64,000 nt of DNA from the human T2T-CHM13v2.0 reference genome, Homo sapiens. The stretch lies in the NCBI RefSeq assembly GCF_009914755.1, contig NC_060931.1, one strand, 5' to 3'. The notes beneath the pieces are model-generated. The model was not told the origin of the DNA, did not search any database, and worked only from the letters and a program-made list of their open reading frames with translations. Numbering within the stretch: position 1 is the stretch's first letter; every line of letters begins with the position of its first letter. Below are positions 50,641 to 61,146 of this stretch, piece by piece. The position numbers were made by a program, and so were the translations under genes.

Positions 50641-53600
50641 TGGGGGACCTCCCTTAGGAGATCAATCCCCTATCCTCCTGCTCTTTGCTCCATGAGAAAG
50701 ATCGACCTACGACCTCAGGTCCTCAGACTGACCAGCCCAAGGAACATTTCACCAATTTTAAATCGGGTAAGCGGCCTCTCTTTACTCTCTTCTCCAACCT
50801 CTCTCACTATCCCTCAACCTCTTTCTCCTTTCAATCTTGGCACCACACTTAAATCTCTCCCTTCTCTTAATTTCAGTTCCTTTCCTTTTCTGGTAGAGAC
50901 AAAGGTGAAGCGTTTTATCTGTGAACCCAAAACTCCGGCGCCGGTCACAGAATCAGGAAGAGTCTTCCCTTGGTGTTTAACCACATGGGGATGCCTACAT
51001 GATTATTCACCCATGTTTCAGAGGTGTCTGACCACGGAGGGATGCCTGTCTTGGTCCTTCACCCTTAGCGGCAAGTACCACTTTTTGGGGGGCAAGAACC
51101 CCCCGACCCCTTCCCTCCATGTCTCTACCTCTTCTCCACTTTCCTGGGGGCAAGCATCCCCCCACCCCTTCTCTCTGTGTCTCTACCCTCTATTTTCTCT
51201 GGACTTGCCTCCTTCACTATAGGTAAACTTCCACCCTCCATTCTCCTTCTCCCTTAGCCTGTGTTCTCAAAGACTTAATACCTCTTCAACTCACATGTGA
51301 CCTAAAACCTAAATGCCTTATTTTCTTCTGCAATGCCACTTGACCCCAATACAAACTCGACAGTGGTTCCAAATAGCCAGAAAATGGCACTTTCGATTTT
51401 TCCATCCTACAAGATCTAAATAATCCTTGTCGTAAAATGGGCAAACAGTCTGAGATGCCTGACGTCCAGGCATTCTTTTACACATCGGTCCCTCCCTAGT
51501 CTCTGTTCCCAATGCAACTTGTCCCAAATCTTCCTTCTTTCCCTCCCACCTGTCCCCTCAGTCCCAACCCCAAGCGTCGCTGAGTCTTTCTTCTTTCCAA
51601 TCTTCCTTTTCTATAGACCCATCTGACCTCTCCCCTCCTCCCCAGGCTGCTCCTCGCCAGGCTGAGCTAGGTCCCAATTCTTCCTCAGCCTCCGCTCCCC
51701 TACCCTATAATCCTTTTATCACCTCCCCTCCTCACACCCGGTCGGGCTTACAGTTTCCTTCCGCAACAAGCCCTCCCGCACCTGCCCAGCAATTTCCTCT
51801 TAAAAAGGTGGCTGGAGCTAAAGGCATAGTCAAGGTTAATGCTCCTTCTTCTTTATCCCAAATCAGAGAGCGTTAGGCTCTTTTTCACCAAATAAAAAAC
51901 CCAGCCCAGTTCATGGCTGCTTGGCAGCAACCCTGAGACGCTTTACAGCCCTAGACCCTAAAAGGTCAAAAGGCTGTCTTATTCTCAATATACATTTTAT
52001 TACCCAATTTGCTCCCGACATTAAATAAAACTCCAAAAATTAAATTCCAGCCCTCAAACCCCATAACAGGACTTAACTAACCTCGCCTTCAAGGTGTACA
52101 ATAATAAAGTGGAGGCAGCCAAGTAGCAATGTATTTCTGAGTTGCAATTCCTTGCCTCCACTGTGAGACAAATCCCAGCCATATCTCCAGCACACAAGAA
52201 CTTCCAAATGCCTGGACCACAGCTGCCAGGGGTTCCTCCAGAATCTCCTCCCCAAGCCCTGGAAATCTGGCCACTGGGCCAAGGAATGCCCATGGCCCAG
52301 GATTCTTCCTAAGCTGTGTCCCATCTGTTCAGGACCCCACTGAAAATCGGACTGTTCAACTCACCTGGCAGCCACTTCCAGAGCCCCTGGAACTCTGGCC
52401 CAAGGCTCTCTGACACCTTCCCAGACCTTCTTGGCTTAGCAGCTGAAGACTGACACTGCCCGATCGCCTCAGAAGCCTATAGGACCTTCACAGATGCTCT
52501 GGGTAACCCTCACAGTGGAGGGTAAGTCTGTCCCCTTCTTAATCAATACAGAGGCTACCCACTGCACATTACCTTTTTTTCAAGGGCCTATTTCCCTTAC
52601 CTCCATAACTGTTGTGGGTATTGACAGCCAGGCTTCTAAACCTCTTAAAATTCCCCAACTCTGGTGCCAACTTAGACAATATGCTTTTAAGCACTCCTTT
52701 TTAGTTTTCCCCACCTGCCCAGTTCCCTTGTTAGGCCAAGACACTTTAACTAAATTATCTTCTTCCCTGACTATTCCTGGGCTACAGCCACACCTCATTG
52801 CTGCCTTTTCCCCCAGTTCAAAGCCTCCTTCACATCCTCCCCTTATATCTCCCCACCTTAACCCACAAGTATAGGACACCTCTACTCCCTCCTTAGCGAC
52901 CGATCATGCACCCCTTACCATCCCATTAAAACCTAATCACCCTTACCCCGCTCAATGCCAATATCCCATCCCACAGCATGCTTTAAAAGGATTAAAGTCT
53001 GTTATCACTCACCTGCTACAGCATGGCCTTTTAAAGCCTATAAACTCCCCTTACGATTCCCCCATTTTACCTGTCCTAAAACCAGACAAGGCTTACAGGT
53101 TAGTTCAGGATCTGCACCTTATCAACCAAATTGTTTTGCCTATCCACACCGTGGTGCCCAACACATATACTCTCTGCCTCAATACCTCCCTCCACAACCC
53201 ATTATTCTGTTCTGGATCTCAAACATGCTTTCTTTACTATTCGTTTGCACCCTTCATCCCAGCCTCTCTTCGCTTTCACTTGGACTGACCCTGACACCCA
53301 TCAGGTTCAGCAAATTACCTGGGCTATACTGCCACAAGGCCTCACAGACAGCCCCTATTACTTCAGTCAAGCCCAAATTTCTTCCTCATCAGTTACCTAT
53401 CTTGGCTTCTCATAAAAACACATGTGCCCTCCCTGCCGATCATGTCCACCTGATCTCTTAAAACCCAGCACTTTCTACAAAACAACAATTCCTTTCCTTC
53501 CTAGGCATGGTTGGATACTTTCAACTTTAGATGCCTGGTTTTGCCATTCTAAAACCATTTTATAAACTCACAAAAGGAAACCTAGCTGACCCCATAGATC

Positions 53601-55474
53601 CTAAATCCTTTCCCCACTCCTTTCCGTTCCTTGAAGACAGCTTTAGAGACTGCCCCCACTCTAGCTCTCCCTGACTCATCCCAACCCTTTTCATTACACA
53701 CTGCTGAAGTGCAGGGCTGTGCAGTCAGAATTCTTACACAAGGACCAGGATGGCATCCTGTAGCCTTTTTGTCCAAACAACTTGACCTTATTGTTTTAAG
53801 CTGGCCATTATGTCTCCATGCAGTGGCTGCTGCCGCTCTAATACTTTTAAAGGCCCTTAAAATCACAAACTATGCTCAACTCACTCTCTACAGCTCTCAT
53901 AATTTCCAAAATCTATTTTCTTCCTCACACCTGACGCATATACTTTCTGCTCCCTGGCTCCTTCAGCTGTACTCACTCTTTGCTGTGTCTCCCACAATTA
54001 CCATTGTTCCTGGCCCGGACTTCAATCCAGCCTCCCACATTATTCCTGATACCACACCTGACCCTCATGACTGCATCTCTCTGATCCACCTGACGTTCAC
54101 CCCATTTCCCCACATTTCCTTCTTCCCTGTTTCTCACCCTGATCACACTTGGTTTATTGATGGCAGTTCCACCAGGCCTAATTGCCACACACCAGCAAAG
54201 GCAGGCTATGCTGTAGCACAAGCCACTAGCCCGCCTCTTAAAACCTCTCATTTCCTTTCCATTGTAGAAAACTGTCCTCAAGGAAATAACTTCTCAGTGT
54301 TCCATCTGCTATTCTACTACTCCTCAAGGATTATTCAGGCCCCCTCCCTTCCCTACACATCAAGCTTAAGGATTTGCCCCCACCCAGGACTGGCAAATTA
54401 GCTTTACTCAACATGCCCTGAGTCACAAAAACTAAAATACCTCTTAGTCTAAGTAGACACTTTCACTAGATAGGTAGAGGCCTTTCCTACAGGGTCTGAG
54501 AAGGCCACCACAGACATTTCTTCCCTTCTGTCAGACATAATTCCTCAGTTTAGCCTTCCCACCTCTATACAGTCTGATAACAGACCAGCCTTTATTAGTC
54601 AAATCAGCCAAGCAGTTTTTCAGACTCTTAGTATTCAGTGAAACCTTTATATCCCTTACAGTCCTCAGTCTTCAGGAAAAGTAGAACAGACTAAAGGTCT
54701 TTTAAAAACACACCTTACCAAGCTCAGCCACCAACTTAAAAAGGAATAGACAATACTTTTACCACTTTCCCTTCTCAGAATTCAGGCCTGTCCTCAGAAT
54801 GCTACAAAGTACAGCCCATTTGAGCTCCCATATAGATGCTCCTTTTTATTAGGCCCCAGTATCATTCCAGACACCAGACCAACTTGGACTGTGCCCCAAA
54901 AAACTTGTCATCCCTACTGTCTTCTGTCTAGTCATACTCCTATTCACTGTTCTCAGCTACTCATACGTGCCCTGCTCTTGTTTACACTGCCAGTTTACAC
55001 TGTTTCTCCAAGCCATCACAGCTGATATCTCCTGGTGCTAGCCCCAAACCGCCACTCTTAACTCTTATAGTAAATAAATAATCTTTGCAGGCAAGGCTAT
55101 GCTGAACCTCCTTAGGCACTCTCTAATTAGATGTCCTAGGTCCTCCCAATTCTTAGTCCTTTAATACCTGTTTTTCTCCTTGTCTTATTCCATTTAGTTT
55201 TTCAATTCATACAAAACTGTATCCAGGTCATCACCAATAATTCTAAATGACAAATGTTTCTTCTAACAACCCCACAATATCACCCCTTACCACAAAATCT
55301 TCCTTCAGCTTAATCTCTCCCACTCTAGGTTCCCACGCCACCCCTAATCCCGCTCAAAGAAGCCCTGAGAAACATCGCCCATTATCTCTCCATACCACCC
55401 CCAAAAATTTTTGCCGTCCCAACACTTTACCACTATTTCATTTTATTTTTCTTATTAATATAAGAAGACAGGAA

Positions 55475-55875
55475 TGTCAGGTCTCTGAGCCCAAGCTAAG
55501 CCATCGTATCCCCTGTGACCTGCATGTACACATCCAGATGGTGGGTTCCTGCCTTAACTGATGACATTCCACCACAAAAGAAGTGAAAATGGCCTGTTCC
55601 TGCCTTAACTGATGACATCGTCTTGTGAAATTCCTTCTCCTGGCTCATCCTGGCTCAAAAGCTCCCCAACTGAGTACCTTGTGACCCCCACTCCTGCCCA
55701 CCGGAGAAAAACCCCCCTTTTTCCTTTACCTACCCCAATCCTACAGAAGGGCCCCACCCCATCTCCCTTCGCTGACTCTCTTTTCGGACTCAGCCCGCCT
55801 GCACCCAGGTGATTAAAAGCTTTATTGCTCACACAAAGCCTGTTTGTTGGTCTCTTCACATGGACGCGCATGAAA
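55475..55875 (+). promoter_or_regulatory. 3' LTR7 of provirus #1 (401 bp, different subtype from its 5' LTR)
   Basis: tgtcaggtctctgag...gcgcatgaaa; polyA signal ATTAAA at 55812-55817. Confidence 0.9.
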
Positions 55876-56015
55876 GCTACATGACAGGATTGTTTAAAAA
55901 CTAAAGTAATTTAAGGGGAAAAAAGGAAATGAGATCAGGAATGTAAGAAGTGCCCTGCTTTCTCTGCAGTTATATAATGCATACTGATTTTTAACATGTA
56001 CATTCATTTTTCTAG

Positions 56016-56172
56016 GCCTGGTTGCAGTATGCCTGAAATTTGGGATGTAGAAGATCCTGCCAATGCTGGGAAAACTCCCTTATGTAACCTCTTGGTGAAG
56101 GATTCCAAACCTCACTTCACCACTGTATTCCAGAACAGTGTTTACAAAGTCCTAGAAGTTGTAAAAGAATGA
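56016..56172 (+). pseudogene. DPY19L1-like terminal exon I, coding part (open, TGA at 56170-56172)
   Basis: ttttctag|G CCT GGT TGC...; PGCSMPEIWDVEDPANAGKTPLCNLLVKDSKPHFTTVFQNSVYKVLEVVKE*. Confidence 0.93.
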
Positions 56173-56343
56173 CTGCTACATGACCTGCTGCCTACGGAGA
56201 ACTACATCTCTAATGGTTTTAATGTTTTGCTAAGTCATGTGTTGTTCATATCCCAAAAACTTTTATAGGTAACTGTTTTCAAATAGAAAATGTTTTATTT
56301 GGTCAATTTGAATGTCATTCTAATTATAAAAATGACTCATACC

Positions 56344-56784
56344 TTTCATGCGCGTCCGTGTGAAGAGACCACCAAACAGGCTTTGTGTGAGCAACATGGC
56401 TGTTTATTTCACCTGGGTGCAGGTGGGCTGAGTCCGAAAAGACAGTCAGCATAGGGAGATAAGGGTGGGGCCATTTTATAGGATTTGGGAAGGTAATGGA
56501 AAATTACAATCAAAGGGGGTTGTTCTCTGGTGGGCAGGGGTGGATCTCACAAAGTACATTCTCAAGTGTGGGGAGAATTACAAAGAACCTTCTTAAGGGT
56601 GGGGGAGATTACAAAGTACATTGATCAGTTAGGGTGGGGCAGGAACAAATCACAATGGTGGAATGTCATCAGTTAAGGCTGTTTTTACTTCTTTTGTGGA
56701 TCTTCAGTTACTTTAGGCCATCTGAATGTATACGTGCAAGTCACAGGGGATGCGATGGCCTGGCCTGGGCTCAGAGGCCTGACA
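56344..56784 (-). promoter_or_regulatory. 3' LTR of provirus #2
   Basis: Reverse complement of tgtcaggcctctgagcccaggccaggcc...gcatgaaa; AATAAA on - strand at 56403-56408. Confidence 0.92.
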
Positions 56785-59700
56785 TTCCTGCCTTCTTATA
56801 TTAATAAGACAAATAAAACAAAATAGTGTTGAAGTGTTGGGGCGGCGAAAATTTTTGGGGGGTGGTATGGAGAGAGAATGGGTGATGTTTCTCAGGGCTG
56901 CTTCAAGCGGGATTAGGGGTGGCGTGGGAACCTAGAGTGGGAGAGATTAAGCTGAAGGGAGGTCTTGTGGTAAGGGGTGATATTGTGGGGATGTTAGAAG
57001 AAACATTTGTCGTATAGAATGATTGGTGATGGCCTGGATACGGTTTTGGATGAATTGAGAGAGCTTAATGTGTAGGGAAGGGAGGGGGCCTGAATAATCC
57101 CTGAGGAGTAGTAGAATAGCAGATGGAACACTGAGAAGTTATTTCCTTGAGGATAGATTTCCACGATGGAAAGGAAATGAGAGGTTCTAAGAGGTGGGAT
57201 AGTGGCTTGTGCTATAGCATAGCCTGCCTTTGCTGGTGTGTGGCGATTAGGCCTGGTGGAACTGCCATCAATAAATCAAGCGTGATCAGGGTGAGGAACA
57301 GGAAAGAAGGAAATATGGGGAAATGGGGTGAATGTCAGGTGGATCAGAGAGATACAGTCATGGGGGTCAGGTGTGGTATCAGGAATAATGTGGGAGGCCA
57401 GATTGAAGTCCGGGCCAGGAACAATGGTAATTGTGGGACTTAACAAAGAGTGAGTACAGCTGAAGGAGCTGGGGAGCAGAAAGTATATGCGTCAGGTATA
57501 AGGAAGAAAAAGATTTCGGAAGTTATGAGAAATGTAGAGTGAGTTGAGCATAGTTTGTGATTTTTAGGGCCTCTAGAAGTATTAAAGCATCGGCAGCCGC
57601 TGCATGCAGACATGAGGGCTAGGCTAAAACAGTAAGGTCAAGTTGTTTGGACAGAAACGCTGCAGGGTGTGGTCCTGGCTCTTGTGTAAGAATTCTGACC
57701 ATGCTAACCATGCCTAGGAAGGAAAGGAGTTGTTGTTTTGTAAGGGATTGAGGTTTGGGAGATTAATCGGACACGATCAGCAGGGAGAGCATGTGCGTTT
57801 TTATGAGAATTATGCTGAGATAGGTAACAGATGAGGATGAAATTTGGGCTTGACTGAAGTAATGGGGGCTGTCTGTGAAGCCTTGCGGCAGTACAGCCCA
57901 GGTAATTTGCTGAGCCTAATGGGTGTCAGGGTCAGTCTAAGTGAAGGCAAAGAGAGGCTGGGATGAAGGGTGCAAAGAAATAGTAAAGAAAGCATGTTTG
58001 AGATCCAGAACAGAATAATGGGTAATAGAGGGAGGTATTGAGGATAGGAGAATATATGGGTTGGGCACCATGGGGTGGATAGGCAAAACAATTTGGTTGA
58101 TAAGGCGCAGATCCTGAACTAACTTGTAAGCCTTGTCTGGTTTTAGGACAGGTAAAATGGGGGAATGGTAAGGAGAGTTTATAGGTTTTAGAAGCCCATA
58201 CTGTAGCAGGCGAGTGATAACAGGCTTTAATCCTTTTAAAGCATGCTGTGGGATGGGATATTGGCGTTGAGCAGGGTAAGGGTGATTCGATTTTAACGGG
58301 ATGGTAATGGGCATGTGATCGGTTGCCAGGGAAGGAGTAGAGATGTCCCATATTTGTGGGTTAAGGTGGGGGGATATGAGAGGAAGATGCAAAGGAGGCT
58401 TTGGGCTGGGGAGAAGGGTGGCAATGAGATGCAGCTGTAGTCCAGGAATAGTCAGGGAAGCAGATAATTTGGTTAAAATATCTCGGCCTAATAAGGGAAC
58501 TGGGCAGGTGGGGATAACTAAAAAAGAGTGCATAAGAGTGTTGTCCAAGTTGGCACCAGAGTGGGGGAGTTTTCAGGGGTTTTGAAGCTTGGCCGTCAAT
58601 ACCCACAACAGTTATGGAGGCAAGGGAAACAGGCCCTTGAAAAGAAGGTAATGTGGAGTGGGTAGCCTCCGTATTGATTAAGAAGGGGACGGACTTATCT
58701 TCCACTGTGAGAGTTACCCAAAGCTCGGCGTCCGTGATGGTCTACAGGGCTTCTGAGGCGATCGGGCAGCATGAGTCTTCAGCCGCTAAGCCGAGAAGGA
58801 GTCAGTCAGAGAGCCTTGGGCCAGAGTTCCAGGGGCTCCGGGAGTGGCTGCCAGGTGAGTTGAACAGTCCGGTTTCCAGTGGGGTCCCACACAGATGGGA
58901 CACGGCTTAGGAGGAATCCTGGGCTGCAGGCATTCCTTGGCCTGGTGGTCAGATTTCTGGCACTTGTAGCAAGCTCCTGGGGGAGGAGGTTCTGGAGGAA
59001 CGCCTGGCCGCTGCGGTTCAGGCGTTTGGAAGTTCTTGTGTGCTGGAGATGTGGCTGGGATTTGTCTCACAGTGGAGGCAAGGAATTGCAACTTTTTTCT
59101 ATTATTGTACACCTTGAACGCGAGGTTAATTAAATCCTATTGTGGGGTTTGAGGGCCGGAATTTAATTTTTGGAGTTTTATTTAATGTCGGGAGCAGATT
59201 GGGTAATAAAATGTATATTGAGAATAAGATGGCCTTTTGACCTTTTAGTTTCTAGGGCTGTAAAGCATCTCAGGGTTGCTGCTGAACGAGCCATGAACTG
59301 GGCTGGGTTTTTATATTTGATGAAAAAGAGCCTAAACGCTTCTGATTTGGGATAAAGAAAAAGGAGCATGAACCTTGACTATGCCTTTGGCTCCAGCCAC
59401 CTTTTTAAGAGTAAATTGCTGGGCAGGTGGGGGAGGGCTAGTCACAGAACGAAACTGTAAGCCGGACCAGGTGTGAGGAGGGGAGGCGATAAAAAGATTA
59501 CAGGGTGGAGGAGCGGAGGCTGAGGAAGAATTGGGACCTAGCTTGGACTGGCGAGGAGGGGAGAGGTCAGATGGGTCTGTAGAAAAGGAAGATTAGAAAC
59601 ACTTGGTGATGCTTGGGGTTGGGACTGAGGGGACAGGCGGGAGGGAAAGAAGGAAGATTTGGGACGAGTTGCACTGGGCACAGAGACTAGGAAGGGACTG

Positions 59701-60096
59701 ATGTGTAAAAGAATGCCTGGATGTCAGGCACCTCAGACCATTTGACCCTTTTACGACAAGGATTATTTAGATCTTGTAGGATGGAAAAATTCAAAGTGCC
59801 ATTTTCCGGCTATTTGGAACTACTGTCGAGTTTGTATTGGGGCCAAGCGGTGTTGCAGAAGAAAATAAGGTGTTTAGGTTTTAGGTGAGGTGTAAGTTGA
59901 AGAGGTTTTAAGTTCTTGAGCACACAGGCTAAGGGAGAAGAGGGAGGAATGGAGGGTGGAAGGTTGCCTATATTGAAGGAAGCAAACCCAGAGAAAAGAG
60001 AACGTAGAGACATGAAGGGAAGGGGTTTGGGGGTTCTTTCCCCCTAGAAAAGCGGGACTTGCCACTAAGGGTGAAGGAGAAGGGGTTGAGGGGTAC

Positions 60097-60230
60097 TTGC
60101 CCCTGCCCCAGGAAAGCAGAGAAGGGGTAGAGACAAGGAGAGAAGGGGTTGGGGTACTTGGCCATTCCCCAGGAAAGCAGAGAAGGGGTAGAGACAAGGA
60201 GAGAAGGGGTTGGGGTAATTGCCCTTTCCC
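60097..60230. repeat. ~60-bp tandem duplication in the HERV-H leader
   Basis: ccccaggaaagcagagaaggggtagagacaaggagagaaggggttggggta occurs twice. Confidence 0.8.
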
Positions 60231-60680
60231 CAGAAAAGCGGGACTTGCCGCTAAGGGTGAAGGACCAAGGCAGGCGTCCCTGCGTGGTCTGACACCCTTG
60301 AAACGTGGGTGTATAATCAGAGAGGCGTCCCTGCAATGATTAAACACCAAGGGAAGACTGCCTTCCCAGTCCGTGACCGGCGCCGGAGTTTTGGGTCCAC
60401 GGATAAAACGTGTCTCTTTTGTCTCTACCAGAAAATGAAAGGAATTGAAATTAAGAGAAGGGAGAGATTGAAGTGTAGCACCAAGATTGAAAGGAGAAAG
60501 AGGTTGACGGATAGTGAAGGAAGTTGGAGAAGAGAGTAAAGAGAGGCCGCTTACCGGATTTGAAATTGGTGAGATGTTTCTTGGGCTGGTCTGTCTGAGG
60601 ACCTGAGGTCGTAGGTGGATCTTTCTCATGGAGCAAAGAGCAGAAGGAGGGGGGATTGATCTCCCAAGGGAGGTCCCCCG

Positions 60681-60698
60681 ATCCAAGTCACGGCACCA
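60681..60698 (-). other. tRNA-His primer binding site
   Basis: Reverse complement reads TGGTGCCGTGACTTGGAT. Confidence 0.9.
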
Positions 60699-60700
60699 AA

Positions 60701-61141
60701 TTTCATGCGCGTCCATGTGAAGAGACCACCAAACAGGCTTTGTGTGAGCAACATGGCTGTTTATTTCACCTGGGTGCAGGTGGGCTGAGTCCGAAAAGAG
60801 AGTCAGCATAGGGAGATAAGGGTGGGGCCGTTTTATAGGACTTGGGAAGGTAATGGAAAATTACAATCAAAGGGGGTTGTTCTCTGGTGGGCAGGGGTGG
60901 ATCTCACAAAGTACATTCTCAAGTGTGGGGAGAATTACAAAGAACCTTCTTAAGGGTGGGGGAGATTACAAAGTACATTGATCAGTTAGGGTGGGGCAGG
61001 AACAAATCACAATGGTGGAATGTCATCAGTTAAGGCTGTTTTTACTTCTTTTGTGGATCTTCAGTTACTTTAGGCCATATGGATGTATATGTGCAAGTCA
61101 CAGGGGATGCGATGGCCTGGCCTGGGCTCAGAGGCCTGACA
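60701..61141 (-). promoter_or_regulatory. 5' LTR (LTR7Y-like) of provirus #2, intact TATA
   Basis: TATAAAA on - strand at 60831-60837; GGGTGGGG (KLF-type) boxes; splice donor CCG|GTAAGC downstream at 60549-60554. Confidence 0.88.
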
Positions 61142-61146
61142 ATACC

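Larger units (their letters stand above)
50162..55875 (+). mobile_element. HERV-H provirus #1 (defective gag-pro-pol, env remnant), discordant LTRs, no TSD
   Basis: LTR7-type ends, tRNA-His PBS, protease (FLINTEATH), RT (YSVLDLKHAFFTI, LPQG), RNase H (WFIDGSS) fragments, PPT aagaagacaggaa before the 3' LTR. Confidence 0.95.
56344..61141 (-). mobile_element. HERV-H provirus #2 (LTR7Y-like) inserted in the pseudogene 3'UTR; integrase region deleted
   Basis: Two 441-bp LTRs, 5-bp TSD ATACC (56339-56343, 61142-61146), His PBS, gag zinc knuckles CYKCQKSDHQAKEC and CPICVGPHWKPDC, pro/RT/RNase H fragments. Confidence 0.95.

Noticed and set aside
50491-51222. 243-aa ORF (and the 311-aa counterpart at 59874-60809)
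   Set aside because: Open frames through the C/T-rich HERV-H LTR and leader; low stop density is compositional and there is no recognisable domain.
52494-54401. Possible intact HERV-H pol
   Set aside because: Broken into several frames by stops, frameshifts and deletions; no intact YXDD-containing RT in either provirus.
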